Positions 17,050 through 26,414 of a DNA stretch of 37,799 nucleotides are shown here, piece by piece. The stretch is from a virus (Duplodnaviria > Caudoviricetes), in the IMG/VR virus record IMGVR_UViG_3300025738_000009, positions 1 through 37,799 of that record. One strand, given 5' to 3'. The first letter of the stretch is position 1. Every line of letters begins with the position of its first letter. A program made the position numbers and the translations under genes. The notes under the pieces are model-generated. The model was not told the DNA's origin and searched no databases. It saw only the letters and a program-made list of their open reading frames with translations.

Positions 17050-17081
17050 TTCCGGTTACGCGTTTTTACGGTTATACGGTT
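17050..17081. repeat. 8-bp-period octamer array (4 units) before terS
   Basis: CG at 17053,61,69,77; overlapped at its 5' end by a (CGGTTC)-type triple repeat from 17041. Confidence 0.65.
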
Positions 17082-17100
17082 TTATTGGTAGGTGCTTTTT

Positions 17101-17679
17101 ATGGCGACTCAAATACAGGTCGCTGAGCACTTATTTATCAGCGAAAGACAAGTTAGAAATTTGATCTCAGAGGGCAAGCTTGCTGGCTCTAAGGGAAAAG
17201 GCGGTCTTGATTTAGAGGATTGTCGTAAGCGATATATTGATTACTTGCGTGGCCAGAAAACAGGCCAAGTGAAAAAGCCCGGTCCCGATGAAGATGGTGC
17301 GGAACTGGGGGACGTAGTTGGCGGCATTAACGTGCCGCTTCAAGAAGCCCGAAAAAAGAAACTCGATGCAGATACCCGTGAATTTAAGTTAAACCAGCTG
17401 CGTAAAGAATACGTGCCGGTGGCATTGATGATTCATGCGACATCGAAATTATCAGAGATGTTGGTTTCCAATGTTTCATCGTTACCGATGAAAATGAAGG
17501 TTGCTGACCCATCATTGTCTGCTCGCAGTTTAGACAAATCAAAACAGGTGATCGCAGACCTTTGCAATGAGTTAGCTAATTTTGACATCGATCTATCCGA
17601 TTACGATCCAGTCGATCAAACAAGCGATCAAGACGGGATTGAAGCCATTACGGATAGCGAAACCGCAAACAGCGGTTGA
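17101..17679 (+). CDS. terminase small subunit (Nu1-like)
   Basis: N-terminal wHTH ATQIQVAEHLFISERQVRNL...YIDYLR, coiled coil, overlaps terL. Confidence 0.9.
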   Translation: MATQIQVAEHLFISERQVRNLISEGKLAGSKGKGGLDLEDCRKRYIDYLRGQKTGQVKKPGPDEDGAELGDVVGGINVPLQEARKKKLDADTREFKLNQLRKEYVPVALMIHATSKLSEMLVSNVSSLPMKMKVADPSLSARSLDKSKQVIADLCNELANFDIDLSDYDPVDQTSDQDGIEAITDSETANSG

Positions 17680-19552
17680 GTGGGCAGACCAAAACTTTTA
17701 TTTATCTGCTGAGTCTTCGTATACCGAAGGGCAGTGGACAACCCATGCAGTGCAGCGCGCCATTCTAAATGCGATGGGCAATGATGATATTCGGGAAGTA
17801 GATTTTCGAAAGTCAGCACGTATCGGTTACACAAAAATGCTACTGGCCGCCACGCTTTACATGGCAGAGCACAAGAAACGAAACATAGGTATCTGGCGTG
17901 AAGATGATGACGCTGCAGCTGAGTTCGTAAATTTAGAACTTGATCCAGCGATGCGTGATTGCCCCGCTATCGTTGCAATATTTCCAGATGTTGGAAAAAA
18001 ATCATCGAAAAATAAAGTCGATGAAAAATTTTTATTGGGTTGCTCGATGCATATTCGAGGAGGCCAAGCAGCCGGTGGTTACCGTGCATTGTCGAAAGAT
18101 GTTGTGATCGGTGACGAAATAGACGGCTTCTTGCAAAACGTGCAGGGAAAATCAGGGAAAGAAGGCAACCCGATAATGCTTATGAATAAGCGTTTGGAGG
18201 GTTCTAGTTTTCCGAAGTTAATTCTAGGTACTACACCGACAATTGCAGGCTCTAGTCATATAGAGCGTCGTGAAAAGGCTGCAAATTGCAGGCTGTACTG
18301 TGAAATACCTTGTCCGCATTGCGATGAGTACCAGGTATTAAAGTTTGGTAGTCCTAAAGATCCGTTTGGATTTCGCTGGACGAAGGGCGATCCAGATTCG
18401 GTTCGTTATTGCTGTGAGCATTGCGCTGCTGAGTTTGAGTATCATGATTTTTTGGACGTGACAGAGCGTTGCGTTTGGAGAGATAGGGAAGCAGATATCG
18501 AGACAAAGGACGGTCTCTACTTCCATTCAATTGAAACAGGTCGTGATAAGAAAACACCACGCGCTGTTTGTTTTATCGTTTGGGCTGCGTATTCGCCAAC
18601 CTCGCCGTGGTCAAACATCGTCTATGAATGGCTAGAAGCCAAAGACGAAAAAGAAACACTGCAGGTTTTTAACAACACCACGCTGGGCGAGTACTGGCAT
18701 GACGGTGTTAAACAGAAACTGGATGGCGACCACTTGTTTCGTCGTCGTGAATATTATCCGCGAACTAATGATGGCCAGCTGCTATTGCCGCAAGGCGCCC
18801 TTTATATAACAGCGGGTGTGGATACCCAAGACAATCGATTTGCTTATGAAATCGTTGCATGGGGTAAGGGTCGCGAAAGTTGGTCTCTGGAATATAAAGA
18901 GATCATGGGTCGTCCTGATGATCCTGACATCTGGGCCATATTAGTTGAAAAAATGCGTCGTACTTGGCGTCGTGAAGATGGCATGCCGATGTCGGTTGGC
19001 CAAGTGTTTCATGATGCCGGTGGTTCATTTTTCGATACTGTTCTGAAGTATTCAGCAAAGATTGATCCTAATTGGTGGATCCCGTGCAAAGGCGATTGGA
19101 CGGTTGGTGCAAGCCAGATAATTCATTCTAAATCACAACGCGCTAAAGACTTTGGTAGTTACCTCTTCATGGTGGGTACCACATCGATTGGTGATGTAGT
19201 CGCGCGCGATTTTGTTGTATTGGATCCAAAGCCAAAATGTCATTGGCCTATGACATCGCTAGAAGATGGCGACTACACAGGCCACGATCAGCGTTACTTC
19301 GACATGCTTACAGCAGAAGAACGAACGCTGGTTCGAATAAAAGGAAAGGACGTCTGGCAGTGGGTTTGCCCGTCGGGTGTTCGAAACGAAGCATGGGATT
19401 GCCGACGCTATGCAATGGCCGCGCTTACATTCGCTGAGATGTACGGTGGCATTGATCTGAATAATGGCATTGTGCCAAACCAGTCAACCCCAGAGCCTGA
19501 AACTATCGCGCAAGAAACTCGTGAGCTCCCTGATTTTTGGAATAAAAAATAA
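17582..19552 (+). CDS. terminase large subunit (lambda GpA family)
   Basis: KSARIGYTK, VVIGDEID, GTTPT, CPHC..CEHC, TAGVDTQ, NEAWDC. Confidence 0.95.
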   Translation: MTSIYPITIQSIKQAIKTGLKPLRIAKPQTAVEWADQNFYLSAESSYTEGQWTTHAVQRAILNAMGNDDIREVDFRKSARIGYTKMLLAATLYMAEHKKRNIGIWREDDDAAAEFVNLELDPAMRDCPAIVAIFPDVGKKSSKNKVDEKFLLGCSMHIRGGQAAGGYRALSKDVVIGDEIDGFLQNVQGKSGKEGNPIMLMNKRLEGSSFPKLILGTTPTIAGSSHIERREKAANCRLYCEIPCPHCDEYQVLKFGSPKDPFGFRWTKGDPDSVRYCCEHCAAEFEYHDFLDVTERCVWRDREADIETKDGLYFHSIETGRDKKTPRAVCFIVWAAYSPTSPWSNIVYEWLEAKDEKETLQVFNNTTLGEYWHDGVKQKLDGDHLFRRREYYPRTNDGQLLLPQGALYITAGVDTQDNRFAYEIVAWGKGRESWSLEYKEIMGRPDDPDIWAILVEKMRRTWRREDGMPMSVGQVFHDAGGSFFDTVLKYSAKIDPNWWIPCKGDWTVGASQIIHSKSQRAKDFGSYLFMVGTTSIGDVVARDFVVLDPKPKCHWPMTSLEDGDYTGHDQRYFDMLTAEERTLVRIKGKDVWQWVCPSGVRNEAWDCRRYAMAALTFAEMYGGIDLNNGIVPNQSTPEPETIAQETRELPDFWNKK

Positions 19553-19764
19553 TGTCAGATGAAACACAATTGGCTGCAAAATTGGCAGCGCTTCAAGATG
19601 CTATTGATTCTGGTCTTATGGAATTTACTTTTGATGGTGCTACTTCTAAATATCGTACCTTGTCTGAAATGCGTGAAATCGAAGCCCGTTTGAAAGCTCG
19701 ACTCGGGCATGCTGAACCGCAAAATAATACGTGGGCATCATCGTTTGATAAGGGATATCGATAA
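19552..19764 (+). CDS. head-tail joining protein (gpW-like)
   Basis: 70 aa between terL and portal; AIDSG...F.G...YRTLSEM. Confidence 0.8.
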   Translation: MSDETQLAAKLAALQDAIDSGLMEFTFDGATSKYRTLSEMREIEARLKARLGHAEPQNNTWASSFDKGYR

Positions 19765-21290
19765 TGGGAAATATCGTCGATAAGTTTGTTGGTTTTTTCA
19801 GCGCAGAGGCCGCGCTTCATCGTGAGATCAATCGCGCTAGTCTTGAAAATCTAAAAAGAAGCAGTGCATCAATGAGCTACGACGTTACCGGTAACGGTCG
19901 TCGTGGTTTTAAAACAAATGGTGATGCATCTGTTAAGTCGATCTCTAGTAATAATCTAGTGGTTGCCCGTAAAAATATGCGTGAGTTATATCGCAATAAT
20001 TCAATTATTAAATCTGCTGTTGATGCTAAAAGCTATCACACGGTAGGGGATGGAATACGCCCATCCATTCGTAGTGATGCTAAATCCAAAGCCAAGCAAA
20101 ATAAAGTAAAACAGGTTCAGCGGTTAGTTAGCTTGTGGGCTGGAAGTATAAAAGCCGATGTCTACGGTATGCATAATCTATTTGGCCAGCAATTTATTGG
20201 TTTTAAAACCATGTGCAGTGCCGGTGGTGTTCTTATTGTTCGTCAGCGTACGTTAGAAGCTAAGAGCGGTTTGCATTTGCAGATAAAGATGCTTGAAGGC
20301 GATTTTCTAGATCATTTAAGAACGGTAACACTTGAAAATGGTCATGAAATTATCAACGGGGTTGAGGTTGATAGAGATGAGCAGGTGGTCGCGTACTGGC
20401 TGTTCGACCGTCATCCGGGGGATGTAGGTTTTTTCTCTCGTAAGAAAAATATCTCTCGTCGGCATCCTGCTGAGAATGTCATTCACATGTTTGATTGTGA
20501 GCGACCGGGTCAGCTGCTCGGTATGCCAAAGGGTTTGGCCAGTGCAATTAAAGCAAAAAACTTAGAAGAATTTCAAGATGCGCGTTTAGAGCAACAAAAA
20601 ATCGCCGCATGTTTTGTTGGAACCGTTTCTACTACTCAGGGTATTGGCAATACAGGCCCAGCCGGTGATCCATTACCAGAAAGAGCCGCTCCGGGTCAGA
20701 TATTACGCCTTGGCAATAACCAAACGATGGACTTCAACACACCTCCGACGGTTTCTGGCCAGCATGATTTTATCACTGAAGAGTTGCATCAAATAGCCAG
20801 TGACTGGGGTATTACATACCAGGCATTGGTTGGCGATTTAACTCAGGTCAACTTTACCAGTGGCCGCATGGGTTGGCTGGATATGCATCGTAAGATCAAC
20901 GGAGATCGCAACCGAATAATTATTCCATTATTGCTAGAGCGTATTTGGGCTTGGTTGCAGGAAGCATTAGAACTTCATGGTTTATCGGCTCGTGATTTAG
21001 ATTGCGATTGGATACCGCCACGCAGAGAGATGTTTGATCCTACGAAAGAAATTGGTCCATTGATCAAGGCAATCCGCGCGGGTTTAAAACCTATGCAGCG
21101 AGCTTTGTTAGAGCAGGGTGATAACCCCGACGTCATTATGGATCAATACAAAGAATGGAACGAACAAGCTGACGCAAGAAATTTAATATTCGATACCGAC
21201 CCTCGACGGGTTTCCGGTGCCGGAAATGCAAACCCGATACCGGATGATGACGAGGAAGAAAAAGAAGATGAAAAAAATAAAGCTGCTTAG
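19764..21290 (+). CDS. portal protein, lambda family
   Basis: RELYRNN, VGDGI, NGVE.D...VAYW, HPGD, RPGQ, GDLTQVNFTSGR, DP.KE. Confidence 0.95.
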   Translation: MGNIVDKFVGFFSAEAALHREINRASLENLKRSSASMSYDVTGNGRRGFKTNGDASVKSISSNNLVVARKNMRELYRNNSIIKSAVDAKSYHTVGDGIRPSIRSDAKSKAKQNKVKQVQRLVSLWAGSIKADVYGMHNLFGQQFIGFKTMCSAGGVLIVRQRTLEAKSGLHLQIKMLEGDFLDHLRTVTLENGHEIINGVEVDRDEQVVAYWLFDRHPGDVGFFSRKKNISRRHPAENVIHMFDCERPGQLLGMPKGLASAIKAKNLEEFQDARLEQQKIAACFVGTVSTTQGIGNTGPAGDPLPERAAPGQILRLGNNQTMDFNTPPTVSGQHDFITEELHQIASDWGITYQALVGDLTQVNFTSGRMGWLDMHRKINGDRNRIIIPLLLERIWAWLQEALELHGLSARDLDCDWIPPRREMFDPTKEIGPLIKAIRAGLKPMQRALLEQGDNPDVIMDQYKEWNEQADARNLIFDTDPRRVSGAGNANPIPDDDEEEKEDEKNKAA

Positions 21291-23382
21291 TGCAATGGTT
21301 GCTGCAACATTATCAGTGACTATGAGCACTGAAGCTGAAATGACAACCTCTGCTGCCAATGCCCGAAATTATATCAATGCCAGTAACGAGCTAATGCTTT
21401 ACGGCATTATCGGTGATTGGTGGGATGGCAATGATGCGTTGTCGGTTATCTCACAATTAGAAGCGGTTAAGCCCGAAGGTGATTTGCACGTTCGCATTTT
21501 TAGCGAAGGCGGAAACTTCTTAGAAGGCTTAGCGATTTATAACGCTTTGAAAATGTCCGATCGTCGTGTGGTTGTAACCATTGATGGTTTTGCAGGTTCT
21601 ATGGCAACCATCATCGCTTTAGCCGGTGATGAAGTGCGTATGCCGCGTAATGCTTACCAGTTTATTCATATGGCTTCGACCCATGTTTCAGGTAATGCGG
21701 ATGAGCTTCGTGCAACTGCAGACCAGATTGAGCAATTCAGTCAGCAGGCCGCAACGATCTATGCAGAGCGTTCAAATCTTTCTGAAGAGCAAGCGTTGGC
21801 CTTGATGGCTGCGAATACTTGGATGAATGCGGAAACGTGTTTAGAGCACGGTTTAATCGATAGTATTTTAGATCCGATTGAAGCGGTTGCTCGTGCTGTG
21901 GATTTAGGCGAGATGGTTATGCCAAGCGGCATGTTTGCCTTGATGCAGTTGCCAATTCCGGCGACAGAAAACTTAACCCCTGCTGCAGGTGATGCAGCTA
22001 ATTTAAATAATAATGAGGAGGCCAATGTGCCTGTACCAAATTCTCGTACAAAAATGACTGCAGGCCAAGGCGGCCAAAGCAATGCAACAACCGAAGCTGA
22101 GTTTCGTGCTGCGGGTATTACGTTTGAGCGTGAACGTCAAACTGAACTGCGTTCTATTGCGACTACTAGCGGTGTTTCTACTGAAATGCTATCGGGTTGG
22201 ATTGATTCCGACATTACAATCGATAAAGCTCGTGAAGCTGCGATGACTGATATGGCTGCTCGCGACACTGAAAACATGCCATCTGGTCGTCAATCTGTAG
22301 TTGTAATGGGTGCTGGTGATATGCGAGCTGAAATCTCAAATGCTCTTTTACATCGTGTTGCACCAGGTGTTATTTCTTTAGAAGAAGGTAATACCTTTGC
22401 TCATATGAGTCTTGGAGAGATGTGCCGTCAGTCATTGGTAAATAATGGTGTAAATGTAACAGGTATGAATGCGAGTCAGGTTGCTGCAACAGCAATGCAG
22501 TCGACTAGTGACTTACCTTCAATCTTTGCAGATGTTGCGAATCATGAGCTTGCTCGTGGTTATACGACTAATGTTCGTTCGTTCACTTTATTTGCCCAGC
22601 GTAAAAACCTGCCAAACTTTAAAGCGCACAACATTACTCGTTTGTCCGATGCGCCTCAGTTGTTGCCTAAGACAGAAGCTGGTGAGTATAAGCTTGGTTA
22701 TTTAAGTGATAGCAATGAAGCGCTGGCACTACAAACAAAAGGTCGTATTGTTCGCATTACGCGTGAAATGATTATCAACGATGATCTCGATGCGTTGTCT
22801 CGTTTGCCTTACATGATGGGTGCTCAGGCTGCATTAAACGAAACTCGTGTGGTTTACGGCTTATTAGCTGCAAACGCAAAGACGGGTGAAGATTCGAAAC
22901 CTGTTTTTGATGTCGCGCATAAAAACTTGATTGCATCAGGTGGTAAGCCAAGTGTGGCTGAGCTTAGTAAGATGCGAAAGCTTTTACGAACTCAGAAATC
23001 AAAAGCTGCAAAAGGTGAAACGGGATTCCCGTTAAATACTAAATTGCACACGATCATCATTCCAGCAGCACTGGAAACTGACGGTGATCAGCTTCAGGTT
23101 CAGATTACGCCTAATGCTGTAGGTGAAGTTAATCCATTTGGTAAGCTAAATGTGATTACAGAAGCAATTCTGGATGAAGAAAGCGAAGTCGAGTACTTCG
23201 GTGTTGGCGATCCTGCGCTGGTAGATAGCGTTGTTTATGGTTATCTGGAAGGTCAGGAAGGCGCGTATATCGATAGCCAGATTGATTTTAATTCAGATGG
23301 CGTTGTATTTAAGGTTCGCCATGATTTTGCGGCTGCGATTGTTGATTACCGTGGTTTAGTTAAAAACTCTGGTGCGGCATAG
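21268..23382 (+). CDS. ClpP-type prohead protease fused to scaffold/major capsid protein
   Basis: SEGG...GLAIYNAL...IDGFAGSMATIIALAGD...FIH (ClpP-like); C-terminal STSDLP, ITREMIINDDL, VRHDF capsid motifs. Confidence 0.9.
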   Translation: MKKIKLLSAMVAATLSVTMSTEAEMTTSAANARNYINASNELMLYGIIGDWWDGNDALSVISQLEAVKPEGDLHVRIFSEGGNFLEGLAIYNALKMSDRRVVVTIDGFAGSMATIIALAGDEVRMPRNAYQFIHMASTHVSGNADELRATADQIEQFSQQAATIYAERSNLSEEQALALMAANTWMNAETCLEHGLIDSILDPIEAVARAVDLGEMVMPSGMFALMQLPIPATENLTPAAGDAANLNNNEEANVPVPNSRTKMTAGQGGQSNATTEAEFRAAGITFERERQTELRSIATTSGVSTEMLSGWIDSDITIDKAREAAMTDMAARDTENMPSGRQSVVVMGAGDMRAEISNALLHRVAPGVISLEEGNTFAHMSLGEMCRQSLVNNGVNVTGMNASQVAATAMQSTSDLPSIFADVANHELARGYTTNVRSFTLFAQRKNLPNFKAHNITRLSDAPQLLPKTEAGEYKLGYLSDSNEALALQTKGRIVRITREMIINDDLDALSRLPYMMGAQAALNETRVVYGLLAANAKTGEDSKPVFDVAHKNLIASGGKPSVAELSKMRKLLRTQKSKAAKGETGFPLNTKLHTIIIPAALETDGDQLQVQITPNAVGEVNPFGKLNVITEAILDEESEVEYFGVGDPALVDSVVYGYLEGQEGAYIDSQIDFNSDGVVFKVRHDFAAAIVDYRGLVKNSGAA

Positions 23383-23410
23383 TTTCCCCGTTTTAACTTA
23401 ATATCTAATT

Positions 23411-23435
23411 AAAGCCCGCCCAGTGCGGGTTTTTT
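23411..23435 (+). terminator. intrinsic terminator after capsid gene
   Basis: AAAGCCCGC-CCAGT-GCGGG-T6. Confidence 0.75.
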
Positions 23436-23461
23436 AATGCCTATTTTTGGAGATAAAAATA

Positions 23462-23788
23462 ATGGCTCAAACAAAAGTACAAAATGGCGATGTCCTAGAT
23501 TTAACGCTTACTGATGACGTAACGTCAGGCGGTTTGGTTGTTCAAGGCAAGATTGTTGGTGTTGCTCAGATTACGGGTTTAACAGGTGAAATTATTCCGG
23601 TTGAAGTTGTGGGTGTGCAACGTTTACCGAAAGTCTCTGCTGATGTGATTGCAGCAGGCGCAACGGTTTATGCAAAGGCGGGTGAAATCACGTCTGTTGC
23701 ATCTGGCGCGGTTAAGTGTGGCTATGCCGTTAAAGCGGCTGCCGGTGGTATTACTTCCATCGACATTCGCCTTATCCCGAACTGCTAG
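23462..23788 (+). CDS. capsid decoration/cement protein (DUF2190-like)
   Basis: VQNGDVL...SG.LV..G..VGVA...GV..LPK; follows the capsid gene. Confidence 0.8.
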   Translation: MAQTKVQNGDVLDLTLTDDVTSGGLVVQGKIVGVAQITGLTGEIIPVEVVGVQRLPKVSADVIAAGATVYAKAGEITSVASGAVKCGYAVKAAAGGITSIDIRLIPNC

Positions 23789-23791
23789 CGA

Positions 23792-24115
23792 ATGAATCAG
23801 CTAGCAAAGATGGCGGCTACTAATGCCATGGCCTTGCAGGGCCAGCCTTGCTTGATCGTGGATCATTTGAAGCCAGATGATGACCCAGTGGGCGCGCACT
23901 GTATTGCGCGGCCATCGGTGCACGATCCGTTCGGTGAGCGGGTCAGTACTGAAAAATGGGATGTCACAGTGAAGCGTGAAAACGAATTAGTACCTGGTGA
24001 CAAAGTGCGTTTGCTGGATGAGTTGGGCGTGGTTGAGATGGAGCTGCTTATAACTAAGCCAGAGCAATCTTTAACAGGCTTACGAGTTTATTCAGCAATA
24101 GCAGTTCCGGTATAG
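23792..24115 (+). CDS. putative head-tail connector
   Basis: Size and synteny only. Confidence 0.5.
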   Translation: MNQLAKMAATNAMALQGQPCLIVDHLKPDDDPVGAHCIARPSVHDPFGERVSTEKWDVTVKRENELVPGDKVRLLDELGVVEMELLITKPEQSLTGLRVYSAIAVPV

Positions 24116-24131
24116 GTTGATTGGGTGAGTT

Positions 24132-24731
24132 ATGAATCGTTTAGAAATAAATGAAAAAGACATGATTAACCAGATGGGAGAGCTGCGAAAGCGCTTTGAT
24201 ATTCTGTCGGGAAGTGATGTTAAGCGAGCCCAATCTTCTGCGTTAAATAAAGCCGGTCGGCGAATTAAAACGCAAGTGGTTAAAAGAAGTTCTGGGCCAT
24301 TAAGCGTTTCTCAAAAGTTGATACGACCTAGGATTAAACTTAAAAATTCTACACCTCGAAAACAGATAACAACTGTTTGGGGCGGGATGCAGGGTATTCC
24401 CTTAATTAAGTTAAAAGCCCGGCAAGTAACGGGCGGTGTTGCAGCGGGTAAATATCTGATTCCGGATGCTTTTATTGCTACGCCAACCAGTACGCCAAAG
24501 CATCGCTATAAGGGTCGAAGAGCCCCTTCAAAAAATCTCATTGGTAAACCGCAAGTATTTAAAAAGAAGTCTCGTGGTACCTACGCCCTCGAAAATCAAA
24601 AGCTCAATATTGCCCCGCAATTATCAAAGCATATGAAACAGTCGGCCGAGAGAGTATTGCGAAACGATATGCGCAGGCTCATGCAGGAAGAGTATCGACA
24701 TAGGGTATTAAGAAAGGCAGGGATTATCTAA
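24132..24731 (+). CDS. tail completion protein (lambda gpZ-like)
   Basis: Very basic; RA.SSALNK, IPLIKL, G.Y.IPDAFIA. Confidence 0.75.
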   Translation: MNRLEINEKDMINQMGELRKRFDILSGSDVKRAQSSALNKAGRRIKTQVVKRSSGPLSVSQKLIRPRIKLKNSTPRKQITTVWGGMQGIPLIKLKARQVTGGVAAGKYLIPDAFIATPTSTPKHRYKGRRAPSKNLIGKPQVFKKKSRGTYALENQKLNIAPQLSKHMKQSAERVLRNDMRRLMQEEYRHRVLRKAGII

Positions 24732-25126
24732 TGTCAGTTCGTACCAGTATTCGCAGCGCGGTAGCTGCTCAGCTTACGGAATTGGGGCTGTTTAAAGCCG
24801 TTTTCCCTTATCGGCCAGCCGATGTTCCAACCAGTAAATGCCCGTTTGCCTTAGTTTATATAGAAGGCGCGGATGAAGATTTTGATAACGACGGGGTCTA
24901 CGACAACGTTGCTCAGCTGACGATTGAAATAATTGCACAAGGTTTTGGGGATCTAGAAGCCCAGCTTGATGCTATTTCAGCGGCGGTTAATGAAAAACTA
25001 AATATCGACAATACGCTGAATGATTTAATCGGCGGTTTTTATCGATCAAATTATGTTTACGACCATGCTCCTGAAGTTATGTCGTGCTCATTTACGCAAT
25101 CATACATTATTAAATTTGAGGATTAA
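24731..25126 (+). CDS. tail terminator protein (gpU-like)
   Basis: R.SIR.AV...L N-terminus, acidic, synteny. Confidence 0.65.
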   Translation: MSVRTSIRSAVAAQLTELGLFKAVFPYRPADVPTSKCPFALVYIEGADEDFDNDGVYDNVAQLTIEIIAQGFGDLEAQLDAISAAVNEKLNIDNTLNDLIGGFYRSNYVYDHAPEVMSCSFTQSYIIKFED

Positions 25127-25129
25127 TCC

Positions 25130-25573
25130 ATGCCACAAGGTCACCAGATTGGAATCAAGCGCTTAGACACTGCGAGCGCAGAAGCCGACAAGATGGAAAT
25201 TGTCGGGTCGGTTATTGGTATTTCTGGTATCGGGATTAGCGCCGATACGATTGATGATACCGAATACGGTATTTCAGAAGACAATTACCGTAAGTACACA
25301 ACGGGAATGAAAGATGTTTCAGAGATCAGCTTAACGGCTCGTTACCGCAAGGGTGATGCAGATCGAACTAAGCAAGCTGACGGCATTGAAAAATCTTTTC
25401 ATGATGAAGTGAAAGAAACAATTCAGTTGTTTTTCCCTGCACCTATTTCAGCAAAATGGACGATGGATTGTGTCGTTTCTGGTTTTGAATTGCCGACTGA
25501 AAAAGATGGCAAGATCGATCGCGTATTGAAGATAAAGCCATCAGGTAAGCCACTGATTGAGCCGATTGTTTAG
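25130..25573 (+). CDS. tail tube protein
   Basis: G.SADTIDDT...Y..GMKD, C-terminal KIKPSGKP; synteny. Confidence 0.8.
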   Translation: MPQGHQIGIKRLDTASAEADKMEIVGSVIGISGIGISADTIDDTEYGISEDNYRKYTTGMKDVSEISLTARYRKGDADRTKQADGIEKSFHDEVKETIQLFFPAPISAKWTMDCVVSGFELPTEKDGKIDRVLKIKPSGKPLIEPIV

Positions 25574-25581
25574 GGGGTAGT

Positions 25582-26100
25582 ATGGCAATATTTTTAAAGT
25601 TTGTTCTTAACGCCCTGCCTTGGGTTTTGCAAATCGGAACCTTGCTAGGTAAGGATCCGGTGTTTAAGTATCGTGTGAAAGAAAAAGTCGGTCCTTGGTT
25701 TTTAACAGAATTGAATGGTGCTGATCGCCAAGCGTTTGCTGATTTGGTTAATTATACGATGGGGCTGAAAGAGCCTGAGCGTACAGCCAAGATTATTCAG
25801 ATGAAACATCAGGTGATTGCCGCCGCGGCTCGTAATAAGCATGGATATTTTGTATTGGACCCTATGAAGCGAGAGCATTTGGATAAAGTCGCTTTGTATC
25901 CTGACAGTGTTTTGATGAAAGCCCTTGAGGTTATTGCTGAGCAGTCTGGAATGCCCTGGTTAGTTCCGCCTAAAAATGGAAGTGAAGCAGTGGTTGATCA
26001 GGTTGAAGATGAATCCATTGATACGGCTACATCTGCACCAGATTGGGAAGGCAACGGTAACCAGCCAAAGCCAGTCGAGACTTCTTCTGTAAACCCCTAG
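25582..26100 (+). CDS. tail assembly chaperone (gpG-like)
   Basis: Between tube and tape measure; slippery AAACCCC just before stop. Confidence 0.75.
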   Translation: MAIFLKFVLNALPWVLQIGTLLGKDPVFKYRVKEKVGPWFLTELNGADRQAFADLVNYTMGLKEPERTAKIIQMKHQVIAAAARNKHGYFVLDPMKREHLDKVALYPDSVLMKALEVIAEQSGMPWLVPPKNGSEAVVDQVEDESIDTATSAPDWEGNGNQPKPVETSSVNP

Positions 26101-26414
26101 CCAGCCAACATGCTAGAAGATTTGCCCATCGATTAGCCATCCAGTGTGGCTATTTCGATGTGGACGCAATGTTGGCAGAAATGCGCGCCATTCAGATGCA
26201 TGAATGGGAACAATACTACCAGTTAGAGCCCTTCGGTTCTGAGGTAGACGAGCTGCGTTCAGCCGGTATCAGTTCTGTTATCGCTAATGTTAATCGCTCT
26301 GCAAATTCAAATCCTTACAAGCCTTCCGACTTCTTCGTGACGATCACTCGTGATGAGCCTCAACAAACTGCTGAGCATATGCTTGCGACCTTAAAAGGAG
26401 CCTTCAGTGGCTAG
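26097..26414 (+). CDS. gpT-like segment, probably expressed as a -1 frameshift fusion
   Basis: -1 frame open from 26097: LASQHARRFAHRLAIQCGYFDVDAMLAEM...EW..YY.LEPFG. Confidence 0.75.
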   Translation, partial: LASQHARRFAHRLAIQCGYFDVDAMLAEMRAIQMHEWEQYYQLEPFGSEVDELRSAGISSVIANVNRSANSNPYKPSDFFVTITRDEPQQTAEHMLATLKGAFSG

